Shown piece by piece: positions 30,257 to 40,213 of a stretch of DNA of 64,000 nt; position 1 is the stretch's first letter, and every line of letters begins with the position of its first letter. A model generated the notes under the pieces. It made no database searches. It had not been told where the DNA came from and worked only from the letters and a program-made list of their open reading frames with translations. Location: NCBI GenBank assembly GCA_963740355.1, contig CAVUDW010000002.1, positions 2,432,001 through 2,496,000 of the forward strand, in the 5' to 3' direction. The position numbers and the translations under genes are program-made. The stretch comes from an uncultured Gemmatimonadaceae bacterium (lineage in GTDB: Bacteria; Gemmatimonadota; Gemmatimonadetes; Gemmatimonadales; Gemmatimonadaceae).

Positions 30257-32076
30257 CAGTTCCAGAACGTCCAGCGCACACCATACACCGTGAGCGCGCC
30301 GGGCATCAACAAGCCCGGCACCGTCGTGTAGGGAGCATTCATCAGGTTGCGGAGTTGCACGGAAATAGTGGCATCCTTGAGCGTGAACTCAGCGCGCAGT
30401 CCGAGTGGCGTTCCGGCGAACGTCTGCAGCAGGCCAAGCTCGCCGTCAGTCTTGAGGTAAGGCACATACGACGCCGTGCGATACTCGGACTGACCGGCCA
30501 GCATGAAGTCAAACCCGCCGCCCTTCGTCTTGCCATTCCAATGATAGCGCCACGTGAGCTCGCTGCGCACTTCCGTCTGGGGGCGATACCAGCCGGCGTT
30601 CTGCCACCGCACGCCGCTCATATTGAGCGAGAAGCCGCGAAAGAGTGGCCCGGTGATCGCGAAGGTGGCTCCGGTGGCTCGCCCCTCGACCACCACTGGC
30701 GTGGTGCGATCGAAGAGCGCTGGCGCGCGGAGGACCGCACTATCGCGGATGACGCCACCGCCCTGCAGCCATAGCTTGCCAACGCGAATCGCTACCTCAC
30801 CTCGCGCCGCCTTCGCCAACGGCAGGAACACCAATTCCGTGGCATTGGTCGAATCGATCGGCAGCGTGATCGATCCCGTCGTGCCGTACGACGCGGCACC
30901 GGTGACCGCAAACCACGGCACTGGCTGCAGCTTCACGAAGCCATCACCGCGCGTGACCTTGTCGAACGGATTGCGTTCGCCCCAGGCCGAGACGGTGAGT
31001 CGCCCAAGGTCGAATCCGACGCGAGCCGACGGCTGGTGCAGCGTCTGTCCTCCGACCATGCGCAGCCGCTCGGTAACGGAGAATCGAGCGCGTGACGACG
31101 ACCATCCAGCGCTCGCGACATACTGCGTGCTGTTCGAGGTCGTATCGGCGGAGTCGGCGAGAAAGCCGTTGGCGATATCTGCGGAACTCCGTGCGGTGCT
31201 CTCGACATTCTGGCGTGAGACCGCGAGCAGCTGCAGCCACGAACCACGATTCACTTCCCCGACGCCGAAGCGAAGATAGAGGTCGCGCTGCGTGCGTTCG
31301 TACGCCGGGATTGGTCGTCCCGTGCTGAGGTAGTCGGCGTCGCCGACGAGCGACAGTTCCTGCTGCGTCGTGTGCACACGCAGGAGCGTCGCATCGAGAC
31401 TCCATTTCGGCTTCACGATGCCAACGCGCGTAAAGACAGACGTGGCATCGCCGTCGCCACCGAGCTGGCGGTCGTCCGTGCTTCGCTGTTGGAGCATCAC
31501 CTGCAGTGCGAATCCATTCTTCGCGCGCCGCGCCAGGTAGCCACGGAAGGTGTTGCTGCGATTGTCGCCGGTATAGACGTCGGCGCGTGTCTCGGCCGTC
31601 GTCTTCTGCGGGCCGCGCCAGGAGCGCATGAGCAATCGCAATTCGTTCGCGCCGCGCTCCACCACCAACTCTTCCATGGCAGCGATGGGAAACTGCGACA
31701 GCTCGACGATCCCTCCGCTACGCGCATCGATCGCCTCCAGTTCGATGCCATCGAGGAAGAGTCGAATGCGCGAGACGTCACCGTTGTACGCTCCGACCTG
31801 CGGCGCCATGTAGAAGCGGGCGCGGAGCGTCGCGAGGCCCGGCACACGATCCAGAAAGTCTGCCAGCGTCAGGGCACCGGTGGAAAACAGGCTGTCGCGA
31901 TTCCAGCGGTGTGACATGCCGACTTCCGTCAGGAATGGCAGTTCAGCCTGCGGCAGCGCGCCGGCGACCGAGTCGATACGCGCAATCGAATCGGCCCGCG
32001 CCTTGAGGATCGAATCAGGGGCCGAGCGCGCCTGCGCGCGAAGCGGTGCGGCAGCCAACAGCACTGCCAGCACCAC
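30256..32076 (-). CDS. Putative outer-membrane beta-barrel protein with TonB-type plug domain
   Basis: Signal peptide; plug-like TLADFLDRVPGL..LFLDGIE..ELVVERG; amphipathic beta strands; aromatic C-terminus WTFWN; start uncertain. Confidence 0.7.
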   Translation of the reverse strand: MVLAVLLAAAPLRAQARSAPDSILKARADSIARIDSVAGALPQAELPFLTEVGMSHRWNRDSLFSTGALTLADFLDRVPGLATLRARFYMAPQVGAYNGDVSRIRLFLDGIELEAIDARSGGIVELSQFPIAAMEELVVERGANELRLLMRSWRGPQKTTAETRADVYTGDNRSNTFRGYLARRAKNGFALQVMLQQRSTDDRQLGGDGDATSVFTRVGIVKPKWSLDATLLRVHTTQQELSLVGDADYLSTGRPIPAYERTQRDLYLRFGVGEVNRGSWLQLLAVSRQNVESTARSSADIANGFLADSADTTSNSTQYVASAGWSSSRARFSVTERLRMVGGQTLHQPSARVGFDLGRLTVSAWGERNPFDKVTRGDGFVKLQPVPWFAVTGAASYGTTGSITLPIDSTNATELVFLPLAKAARGEVAIRVGKLWLQGGGVIRDSAVLRAPALFDRTTPVVVEGRATGATFAITGPLFRGFSLNMSGVRWQNAGWYRPQTEVRSELTWRYHWNGKTKGGGFDFMLAGQSEYRTASYVPYLKTDGELGLLQTFAGTPLGLRAEFTLKDATISVQLRNLMNAPYTTVPGLLMPGALTVYGVRWTFWN

Positions 32077-32108
32077 CGCACATCGAATGGCGCAAGAACG
32101 CAGGAAAC

Positions 32109-33581
32109 TCAGTTGATCCTCGAGCGAACGTATTCAACGAACGTGCCGACGGGGCGACCGGTCGGCCCCTTCGGCAGTGACACGAGATCGTTCTCGGAAT
32201 ACGCGGTGCCCGCGACGTCGAGATGCACCCACGGATAGCCCTCGGCAAACACCTTCAGGAAGAGCGCGGCCGTGATCGAACCCGCCGCGCGCCCACCCGT
32301 GTTCTTGATGTCGGCCGTGTCGGACTTGATCTGCTCTTCGTAGTCAGCGCACAGCGGCAATTCCCAGCCAGGCTCCGCGGCGCGTGCACCCGCAGCCAGG
32401 ACATCGCGAACGAGCGTCGCATCGGTACCGAAGACACCCATCAGCGAATTGCCAAGCCCGATCACGACGGCGCCGGTGAGCGTGGCCGCATCGATGACCG
32501 CGACCGGGTCGTATTTCTTCGCGTAGTGCAGCACATCCGCGAGGACCAGCCGGCCTTCCGCGTCGGTGTTGACGATCTCGATGAACGTACCATTCGAGGC
32601 CTGCACCACATCGCCAGGATTGATGGCCGTACCGGAAGGCATGTTCGTCACGGCACCGACCAATCCCACCACGTTGATCGGCAGCTTGAGGCGTGCGATC
32701 GCTTCCATTGCACCGAGCACGCCGGCAGCGCCGCTCATGTCGTACTTCATCCATTCCATGCCAGGCGCCGGCTTGATCGAAATGCCGCCGGTGTCGAAGC
32801 ACACACCCTTGCCGGCCAACACCACCGGACGTGTGTCACCGGCCCCGCGGTATTCGACTGCGATCAATCGCGGTTCCTGTGGCGTGCCCTGCGCGACGGC
32901 GAGCAGACTGCCCATGCGCAACGCTTCCATTTCGCGACGCCCCAGCACTGTGACGTCGAGACCATGTCGCGCCCCGATGTCGCGCGCCGAATCGGCCAGC
33001 GTATCCGGTGTGCAGAGATTGCCCGGCATCATCTGAAGGCGGCGCGCGAGAGCATAGCCGGCCGCGATCGACTCACCGCTGGCCAGGCCTGCGGCAGCGG
33101 CGGTCTCGTCGGCGACGAGAATGGTGGCGCGCTCGAGCGGCGTGCGCGGCTCGGTTGGCGGCGTCTTGAGTTCCTTGTATTCCCACGCGCCCATCGACGC
33201 GCCGACGATCACTTGTTCGAGGCCAGTGGTGTCGAGACCCGACGGCACCATCAGCGTCATCGAGTTCACGTTCAGGCCGTTGCTGCGCCGGCCAGCGAGC
33301 TGAGCGGCGCGCTTGAGCGCGCTCGAGCGATCGGTCACATCGCCCATGCCCACGAGCAGGACGCGTTCCGGCCCGGTTGGGCCACCAGCGAGGTGGAGCA
33401 CTTCATCGCGCTTGCCTACGAACGCCCCGCGCGAGAACGAGCGGGAAATGGCACCAGCCAGCAGCGTGTCGAGCGCGGCAAGGTCGCTGGGAACCGCATC
33501 ACCCTTTGGGCAGAGAACGGCCAGGACACCGGTGTCGACAGTACTGGCGTCGGCGCGGCGGACAGAGAACGTGAGAGGCAT
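32109..33581 (-). CDS. pepA: Leucyl aminopeptidase (M17)
   Basis: GKGVCFDTGGISIK, MKYDMSG, NTDAEGRL. Confidence 0.96.
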   Translation of the reverse strand: MPLTFSVRRADASTVDTGVLAVLCPKGDAVPSDLAALDTLLAGAISRSFSRGAFVGKRDEVLHLAGGPTGPERVLLVGMGDVTDRSSALKRAAQLAGRRSNGLNVNSMTLMVPSGLDTTGLEQVIVGASMGAWEYKELKTPPTEPRTPLERATILVADETAAAAGLASGESIAAGYALARRLQMMPGNLCTPDTLADSARDIGARHGLDVTVLGRREMEALRMGSLLAVAQGTPQEPRLIAVEYRGAGDTRPVVLAGKGVCFDTGGISIKPAPGMEWMKYDMSGAAGVLGAMEAIARLKLPINVVGLVGAVTNMPSGTAINPGDVVQASNGTFIEIVNTDAEGRLVLADVLHYAKKYDPVAVIDAATLTGAVVIGLGNSLMGVFGTDATLVRDVLAAGARAAEPGWELPLCADYEEQIKSDTADIKNTGGRAAGSITAALFLKVFAEGYPWVHLDVAGTAYSENDLVSLPKGPTGRPVGTFVEYVRSRIN

Positions 33582-33687
33582 GTGGCGGAAGTTACGGGGT
33601 CGGGGACGACGCGATACCCGCGGCCGAGGATGGCGGAAGCGGGGGCGGCGCACCGGGAAGTTAGCGGACCTGAACGGGTGAGGCAGG

Positions 33688-34302
33688 ATGCCGGTCCGAG
33701 CGAGCGCGGCCGTGACGGCGTTCGCGTACGAGTCGTCGGTAGCGCATGGGCCGCTCGGATCCGACGCGGCCACTGACTCTCGTCCCTGGCAGACCGTGAT
33801 CTTTCGTCGACGACCGGCACAATCGCAGCTCATCGTCACGACCAACGTGATGCGTCGCCTGGCCTCGCACATGCCGGCGCCACAGGGGCCAAGCCTGCCC
33901 ATGAGCGAGGTGGCGCCTCGCGCCGGTGCGGCGCCGCAGGCCGACGTGGTGGCTGCCGTGCGCGATTCGGGCGTCGTCATTGCGTTTCTCGCCGGCGGCG
34001 GCTCGCGGCATGGCCTCACGGCCCGCGTGTATGACGTCATCACGTCGCAGGCCGGCTGCGGGCTCGGACGCAGTAGCTCGCTGGGAGCATTCGCCGAACA
34101 GTTCTGCGATTCCGCCGACGGCAAGCGTCGCCTGGTGCAGTTGCTGGCGGTGCATCGTCCCTCCAGCGATCCGACCGCACTTCTGACCCGCATGGCGATC
34201 ACCGCGTGGGTGCGCACGGTCGGCCTCGCGGCCAAGACACGCGAAGTGATGGAAGCGGCGGCAACTGGTCTCCCCGACTGGCACACTCCCGGCGACATGT
34301 AG
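33688..34302 (+). CDS. Hypothetical protein
   Basis: 204-aa ORF filling the gap divergent from pepA; G/C-rich third positions; purine-rich stretch before ATG; no recognised motif. Confidence 0.6.
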   Translation: MPVRASAAVTAFAYESSVAHGPLGSDAATDSRPWQTVIFRRRPAQSQLIVTTNVMRRLASHMPAPQGPSLPMSEVAPRAGAAPQADVVAAVRDSGVVIAFLAGGGSRHGLTARVYDVITSQAGCGLGRSSSLGAFAEQFCDSADGKRRLVQLLAVHRPSSDPTALLTRMAITAWVRTVGLAAKTREVMEAAATGLPDWHTPGDM

Positions 34303-34358
34303 GCAACGACAGGGTCGTCTGGCCTTGTTTGTTCGCCGTGCCGCTGCGAAGGTGGGGC

Positions 34359-35624
34359 ATGCGATTCGACAGCAGAAGTCTCCGATCGTGCGGCGCCGTG
34401 CTCGCCGTGGCCGTCCTGCAGTGTGGCGCGGTGCGCGACCTTGCGGCGCAACGCGACAGCAAGACTCCTCCAGCGGTACAAGCCTTCGATCCGGCGGAAT
34501 GTCGCGCTGATTGTTCAGTCGACTCGCTCGTGATCGACGTCGATCGAGGGCGGCGAGCGCAGTCAGGCGTCATGTCTGCGACGCTCATCCTCATCGACAC
34601 GATCGCGATCGCCAAGCGTGGCGCGCCGCCAACGCCGCGCGACCGACCGGTGTCGATCTGGTTCACATGCGACTCGTCGCCCTGCGGAGCGGCCGTGGTG
34701 ACCGGCCGAATCAGTGACAAACGCATCGACGACGCACGGGTGGCGCGACGCACCTCGGCGCTCTGGCCGCTTCCCGCGCCGCTGATGCTGAAGCTGCTCA
34801 AGTCGACCGCAGTGTCGCTGGTCGCCGAGGGCAAGACGCACCCGTTGTCCGCTGCGACCGTGACTGCAACTCGGGCGCTGGTCGAGTCGATTCGCAGTAG
34901 CACACCGACGACACCGTATTCCGCGCGCGCGCAGCTCTACATCGCCACGTTTGCGGCTTTCGGACTACCGGGCGACAGCACGATGGCGGAGGATGTCGGT
35001 ACCGCCACCGAGCCACTGATGATTCCGGACGCCACGACGACCCCGCCAACCCGGGTCGCGACGCTGACACTCGCCGGTCGTGGCGCCGACGCCGTGCCGA
35101 TGCTGGTGCAGGATGATGCCACCGGGGCGGCACCGATCTTTGGCATTGGTGAGTCCGTGACGATTGCGCTTCCAGGCAAGGTCGGTCGTCGCGGGGTCGC
35201 TATTGGAAAGATCACGGCTCGTCAGCGAGTCGAATCGCTGCGTGACGCCTGCCAGGGGATGAAGCTGTGGACCTATCTGGTCGCCTTACCCGCGGCTGAC
35301 GTTGCAGCGGTGGCGCGTGGCAGTTTGCCGTCGCTGCGCCCGGGCGAGTCGATCGATCGATGGAACGGCACCGCCGTGCGCGAGGTCTATCCCGCCCGGA
35401 TGCCAGCGGCGGAACAACGGTTGATCACCGCCAGCCGGTCCGTGGTTGCCCAATTCGTCCGCGAGCGCGCCAGCACGGGACTCCGCGAACGGGACGTTCA
35501 GGTGCTCGCCGCCCTGCCCCGTGCCGCCGGCTACGTGACCAACTTCGGCGTGATCTCGAAGGATGGCGGTGGCAACTGGCACTTCCCGAGTTTGAACCTG
35601 CGCCCCGCGGCCTGCCCTCAGTGA
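34359..35624 (+). CDS. Hypothetical secreted protein
   Basis: Signal-peptide-like N-terminus (..LAAQ); 421 aa; paired cysteines. Confidence 0.75.
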   Translation: MRFDSRSLRSCGAVLAVAVLQCGAVRDLAAQRDSKTPPAVQAFDPAECRADCSVDSLVIDVDRGRRAQSGVMSATLILIDTIAIAKRGAPPTPRDRPVSIWFTCDSSPCGAAVVTGRISDKRIDDARVARRTSALWPLPAPLMLKLLKSTAVSLVAEGKTHPLSAATVTATRALVESIRSSTPTTPYSARAQLYIATFAAFGLPGDSTMAEDVGTATEPLMIPDATTTPPTRVATLTLAGRGADAVPMLVQDDATGAAPIFGIGESVTIALPGKVGRRGVAIGKITARQRVESLRDACQGMKLWTYLVALPAADVAAVARGSLPSLRPGESIDRWNGTAVREVYPARMPAAEQRLITASRSVVAQFVRERASTGLRERDVQVLAALPRAAGYVTNFGVISKDGGGNWHFPSLNLRPAACPQ

Positions 35625-35750
35625 TAGACGCCCTTCCCTCTCAAGCTGAGTCTGGTAGCAGGTAAGGGTTTTCCTGACGGCGGTGTACTGGCCCACCTGA
35701 CATGGTCCCAAGAGTCTCTGGCCCGTCACCATGACCTGTGAGGGAAATGC

Positions 35751-36308
35751 ATGAATGCGTCTGTCTCGAATTCTGAAGAAGAAGTGATCCCGTTGAGCGG
35801 CGTGTCCAATTCGCCCCGGTCGAACGGCGCCATCATCTCGGAGGGCGTGCTCGCTGGATTCGTTGCTGCGAGCGCAGTGGCCGGCGTGTTCCTGATCGTC
35901 GACCTGCTGGCTGGTGAGGCGTTCAGGACGCCGAGGCAACTCGGTGTGATGCTGCTGTCACTGTTCGGCGCCGGAGCGTCGGCATCGGCGGATGTGGCCA
36001 CGCCGCTCGCGCTCTACACACTCTTTCACTTTCTCGCGTTCATCGTGGCCGGCATCCTGGCTGCGGCGATCGTGCAGATCACGATGAAGCAGCCGGTCGC
36101 AATCCTGCTGTTCGTGATCCTCTTCTTTGCATTCGAGGTGGCATTCACCGGCTTCGTCGCCTTCCTCGATGTGACATCGACGGGCGGGATGACACCGCTC
36201 CAAGTGGCGATCGGCAATGTCGTGGCCTCGGTGGCGATGGCGCTCTTCTTCCGTGCACGACACCCGAAACTGCGCACGATCGGCCGGACACTGTCAGCGG
36301 AGGAGTAG
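35751..36308 (+). CDS. Hypothetical integral membrane protein
   Basis: About five hydrophobic segments; GAGGG upstream. Confidence 0.8.
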   Translation: MNASVSNSEEEVIPLSGVSNSPRSNGAIISEGVLAGFVAASAVAGVFLIVDLLAGEAFRTPRQLGVMLLSLFGAGASASADVATPLALYTLFHFLAFIVAGILAAAIVQITMKQPVAILLFVILFFAFEVAFTGFVAFLDVTSTGGMTPLQVAIGNVVASVAMALFFRARHPKLRTIGRTLSAEE

Positions 36309-36375
36309 GCGCGTGCGTGGGGAATGACGGCGCTGCGACGTCGCGTAGATTCGACGCTGCCCCTGCCGCTGGCTC

Positions 36376-36430
36376 AAAAGCAGAACCGCCGCCTCCCGAG
36401 AACATCTCGAGAGGCGGCGGTTTTTTGTTC
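36376..36430. terminator. Bidirectional intrinsic terminator
   Basis: aaccgccgcctc / gaggcggcggtt stem followed by a T run and preceded by an A run; between convergent genes. Confidence 0.85.
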
Positions 36431-36460
36431 GTCCTTCACGCGATCATTGCAAGCAGGGGA

Positions 36461-39400
36461 TCAGTTGAAGGAGTAACGGAGACCGAACTGCAGGCGCCAC
36501 ACATCCAACAGGTCGGAGGTACGCTGGTAGGTCGCCTTCTGGAGTTCGTTGCCGAAGTTGCGCAGGCGGTAGATCGGGATGCCGGCCAGCGCCCCCGTCG
36601 TTGCCGTGCTGCGGTACACGAGCGGCGAGTTCGACACCAGCCGCTGCGCACCACCCCAGTTCTTGTTCAGCATGTTGCCGAAGTTCAGGATGTCGGCGCG
36701 GAAGCTGATCTTGTTGCGCTGACCGCCGATGTTTGTGAACAGCTCCTGCTCGACGGCGAGGTCGGCGCGGAACACAGTCGGCAGGCGAACGGCGCCACGC
36801 TCCGCGTATTCGCCGCGGTGCTTGCTGAGGTACGGATCCTGGTTGATGAACGAGTTCCAAGCCGTGACCTGCTCGGCGGCGGTGAAGGTACGCGCCACAC
36901 CACTGGTCGTGACGGTGTACTGCTCGAAGTTCATCTCGCTGACATTCTTGGCGATGTAGAGCAGGTCGTTGGCCGTGTTCGCGTCGCCGTTCAGGTCACC
37001 CGAGACGATGTACGACGAGTTGCCGAGCGAGCGGAGCTCGTTGAACACCGAGAGCTTGGTGTTGCCGAAGCCGAAGTACTTCTTCGAGTACGACAAGACG
37101 AGGAATGCCCGGTGGCCTGCCCAGTTGCTGGAGAACCCTGCAGCCGGATTGTTCGGATCGGTCGTGATGGCGTTGCCGCTCCATGACCCCGATGCAATGG
37201 AGCCTGGGTCGACAAGGTTGCGCGACGAGCCGTAGCTGTACGCGGCCTTGGCGAAGACGCCACCCGAGAAGCTCTTCTCGAGCGCGGCGGATGCAGTGTA
37301 CGACGTGCCGACGTTCGAGTTGCCGAGCACGATGGCGTTGATGATGCTCGGGTTGATGCGGTTGACCGTGCCGCCACCGATCCAGCGCGGGCGCTGATCC
37401 GGGCCGTTGAACTTGCCGTTCGGCGTGGACAGGTTCGCGTTGATGTACGCCGTCTGGTTGATGTCCTGGTTGTACAGGTACTCAACCGTCGCGATGAAGC
37501 CGTACGGCAGGCGCTGGTCGAGCGCGATGTTGGAGCGCCAGGTCTGCGGGAACCGGTAGTCCGGGATGGTGAGCGCGAGGTCCTGCGTCGCGGCCGGCGC
37601 GCCGGTCACGGTGGTCGGCTTGTATGTATCCGGGTTCGGATTGAACGGGCGCGTGTTGGTGTTGTCGCGCTGGTCGAAGCCGGTCAGGATACCGTTGTTG
37701 CCGATCTGGTTGGACACCCAGACGTAGGCCGGGCTACCGGTGAAGACGCCGCTGCCGCCGCGGAGCTGCGTCGTACGGTCGCCACGTGCATCCCAGTTGA
37801 AGCCGAAGCGCGGCGACCACAGCACCTTCGCGGCCGGCAGACGCGCCGTGTTGTACCGCACGGTGGCACCGATTTCGTCGCGGAACGAGAGTGCCGAGAC
37901 GGACGGGTTGTCGAGCGCGGTGTTCTTGAACTTCGGCACGTCGGCGCGCAGGCCGAGCGTGAGCGTGAAGTGCGGTGCGACGCGGAACTGATCCTGCAGG
38001 TATGCACCGGCATACACCACATCGAGCGGCTGGACCGGCTTGTCCTGACCGGGCACGTTGCTGTAACGCACCTGGAAACGATTCAGCGTGATCGGCGAGG
38101 TGGTGCGGTTCGGGTTCGCCAGGAAGTCGTTCGCGTCGGTGTAGAAATCGGCGAGCGAGTTGTACACGTACGCGCTCTGCTTGCCCGGGAAGAAGACGTT
38201 CTCGGAGCGGTAGCGCTGTGCGGTCACACCGAACGTGATGTCGTGCTTCTCGGTGTTGAGCGTGAGGTTGTTCTGGAACTGGAGCGTGTTGTATCGCAGC
38301 TCATTGTTCGGCGTGAACGGCTCGGAGCCGAACGTCAGGTAGTTGAAGCCGCCGTTGAGGATATCCACCATCGGGAAGAAGGCTCCCTTCGGGGCCCGGC
38401 TCTCGTCGTTCTTGGTGTAGCCCGCGATCATGTTGTTCGAGAGGTTGCTGCGGATCTGCGAGTTCCACTCCCCGACGTAGGAGCGGATGTTCTCGAGGAT
38501 CGCGTAGTTCGTGTTCTCGAATGCCAGCGAGTTCGTGTTACCCGTGCGGCCGCCACCGAGCGACTGCCCGAGGGAGCCGGACGACGAGGCGATCACATCG
38601 GTGCTCGAGTTCAGCTGGGTGTAGCGGAAGCTGAACTTGTTGTTGTCGTTCAGGTTGAAATCGAGCTTGCCGGTGAAGCGGTCCGACGGGGTGCCGCGGT
38701 CGTAGCCACCGATGCCGCCGGTCTCGTAGCCGAACTTTTCCTTCAGGAACGCGGAGAGCTGCGTCACGTCCGTCTGGAGCACGCGGGTCTTGTTGCCGCT
38801 GATCGGCTCAGAACCCGAATTCGTGGTGAACAAAGTGCCCGGCTGGGTGTTCTCGTCCCGCTCGTAGTTGGCGAAGAAGAACAGCTTGTCCTTGATGATC
38901 GGCCCGGAGAGCGTCCCACCCCAGAGGCCAAACGTGAACGTGCCCGGGTTGACGGTCAGCGCGCCGGCCTTGGTGCCGACGTTGCCCTGATTGCGCTGGT
39001 TGCGGTAGACGGCACCGGTGAAGGTGTTGGTGCCGCTCTTCGTCACCGCGTTCACACCGGCGCCGACGAAGTTGCCCTGGCGCACGTCGAACGGCGCCAC
39101 ATTGACCTGGATCTGGTCGATGGCGTCGAGCGAGAGTGGCGACACACCGGTACGACCACCGGGAGTTGCACCGCTGCCGAGGCCGAACGAGTTGTTGAAG
39201 TAGCTACCGTCAACCGTGATGTTGTTGAGGCGGCTGTCCTGACCGGCAATCGACTGACCATTCGACTGCGGCGTGAGGCGCACGAAGTCGTTGATCGAGC
39301 GCGAAATCGTCGGGAGCGCTTCCAGTGCTTCGCGGCTCACCGTCGTGGCAGCGCCAGTGCGCGACGAGCTGAGCACACCGCCGCTCTGTGCCGTCACGGA

Positions 39401-39766
39401 AACCGCTGCGAGTTGCACTGCGGCCGGCGCAATCTCAAATGAGACTTCCGTCGCCACGCCGAGCTGGATGGTGACGTTTGGCTGCGACTGCGGCGCGTAG
39501 CCGATCGTGGTGGCCGTAATCGTGTATGGACCGCCGACACGCATGCCGGGTATGCTGTATCGACCGTCGCCGCGGGTCAGCGCCTGGTAGGCGGTGCCCG
39601 ACGGCTGGTGCACGGCGCGCACTCGCGCACCGACCATGGCAATTCCTGTCTGCTTGGCAGTCACGCGGCCCGAAAGGGAGCCGGTGGTGACGCCTTGAGC
39701 GGTCAGGGTACTCGCCGCTGCGGCCATACTCACCGCGAGCAGCGACGCGACAAAAAATTTCTTCAT
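36461..39766 (-). CDS. TonB-dependent receptor, Oar-like, with carboxypeptidase-regulatory-like N-domain
   Basis: Signal peptide, RVGGPYT, NNITVDGS, APFDVRQGNFVGA..NAVTKSGTN, C-terminal GLRYSFN. Confidence 0.92.
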   Translation of the reverse strand: MKKFFVASLLAVSMAAAASTLTAQGVTTGSLSGRVTAKQTGIAMVGARVRAVHQPSGTAYQALTRGDGRYSIPGMRVGGPYTITATTIGYAPQSQPNVTIQLGVATEVSFEIAPAAVQLAAVSVTAQSGGVLSSSRTGAATTVSREALEALPTISRSINDFVRLTPQSNGQSIAGQDSRLNNITVDGSYFNNSFGLGSGATPGGRTGVSPLSLDAIDQIQVNVAPFDVRQGNFVGAGVNAVTKSGTNTFTGAVYRNQRNQGNVGTKAGALTVNPGTFTFGLWGGTLSGPIIKDKLFFFANYERDENTQPGTLFTTNSGSEPISGNKTRVLQTDVTQLSAFLKEKFGYETGGIGGYDRGTPSDRFTGKLDFNLNDNNKFSFRYTQLNSSTDVIASSSGSLGQSLGGGRTGNTNSLAFENTNYAILENIRSYVGEWNSQIRSNLSNNMIAGYTKNDESRAPKGAFFPMVDILNGGFNYLTFGSEPFTPNNELRYNTLQFQNNLTLNTEKHDITFGVTAQRYRSENVFFPGKQSAYVYNSLADFYTDANDFLANPNRTTSPITLNRFQVRYSNVPGQDKPVQPLDVVYAGAYLQDQFRVAPHFTLTLGLRADVPKFKNTALDNPSVSALSFRDEIGATVRYNTARLPAAKVLWSPRFGFNWDARGDRTTQLRGGSGVFTGSPAYVWVSNQIGNNGILTGFDQRDNTNTRPFNPNPDTYKPTTVTGAPAATQDLALTIPDYRFPQTWRSNIALDQRLPYGFIATVEYLYNQDINQTAYINANLSTPNGKFNGPDQRPRWIGGGTVNRINPSIINAIVLGNSNVGTSYTASAALEKSFSGGVFAKAAYSYGSSRNLVDPGSIASGSWSGNAITTDPNNPAAGFSSNWAGHRAFLVLSYSKKYFGFGNTKLSVFNELRSLGNSSYIVSGDLNGDANTANDLLYIAKNVSEMNFEQYTVTTSGVARTFTAAEQVTAWNSFINQDPYLSKHRGEYAERGAVRLPTVFRADLAVEQELFTNIGGQRNKISFRADILNFGNMLNKNWGGAQRLVSNSPLVYRSTATTGALAGIPIYRLRNFGNELQKATYQRTSDLLDVWRLQFGLRYSFN

Positions 39767-40129
39767 TCGCAATCTCCAAAAGTGAAATCCAGCGCCAGCT
39801 GACCTTCGTTACAAAGCTAGTCGAACCTGATGTGGCACGTGCAGAGAACGCTGCGTGGCGGCAGTCCGATGTCAGGGAAAACAGCTGGCGCGCTGGGGTG
39901 GAGCGCGTCGCAGCAGGACGGGGCCGGCGAGCGAATCAGTGCCGCGATTTTTCGCGTGCACTGTGTGACCGGTAGATAGTCGCGGCCGACGTATTCGACC
40001 GCCTTCCATACGCCCCGTGACCGAGGAGTTACAGTCCTGCGCGGCCCCGCTGACGCGGAGCGTCAGGCGGCGGCCATGGCAAGGCGCAGCGTCCAGCTTC
40101 GGACGTGCGAGGTGCTCAGGCTCGAGCAA

Positions 40130-40213
40130 TACCCGGGACGAGACTCGAACTCGTATACCCCGAAGGGTGAGGGATTTTGAGTCCCTTGCGTCTACCGATT
40201 CCGCCACCCGGGC
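40130..40213 (-). tRNA. tRNA-Leu(CAA)
   Basis: GCCCGGG/CCCGGGT acceptor stem, AGGGA-CTCAAAA-TCCCT anticodon arm, long variable arm, GTTCGAGTC T loop; CCA not encoded. Confidence 0.97.

Noticed and set aside
33582..34481. N-terminal extensions in the ORF track for pepA (also nuoC, nuoB, carA, dnaB, comF, S9 peptidase)
   Set aside because: The extensions overlap neighbouring genes and lack family similarity; downstream starts fit overlaps or promoters better
39780..40125. Cobalamin or other riboswitch upstream of the Oar-like receptor
   Set aside because: No recognisable conserved boxes; only short GC-rich inverted repeats, and a -10-like box lies close to the gene
33600..40130. Genomic island integrated at the tRNA-Leu 3' end
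   Set aside because: No integrase, and no convincing duplicate of the tRNA 3' end (only a 7-nt ATACCCG match near 33614)
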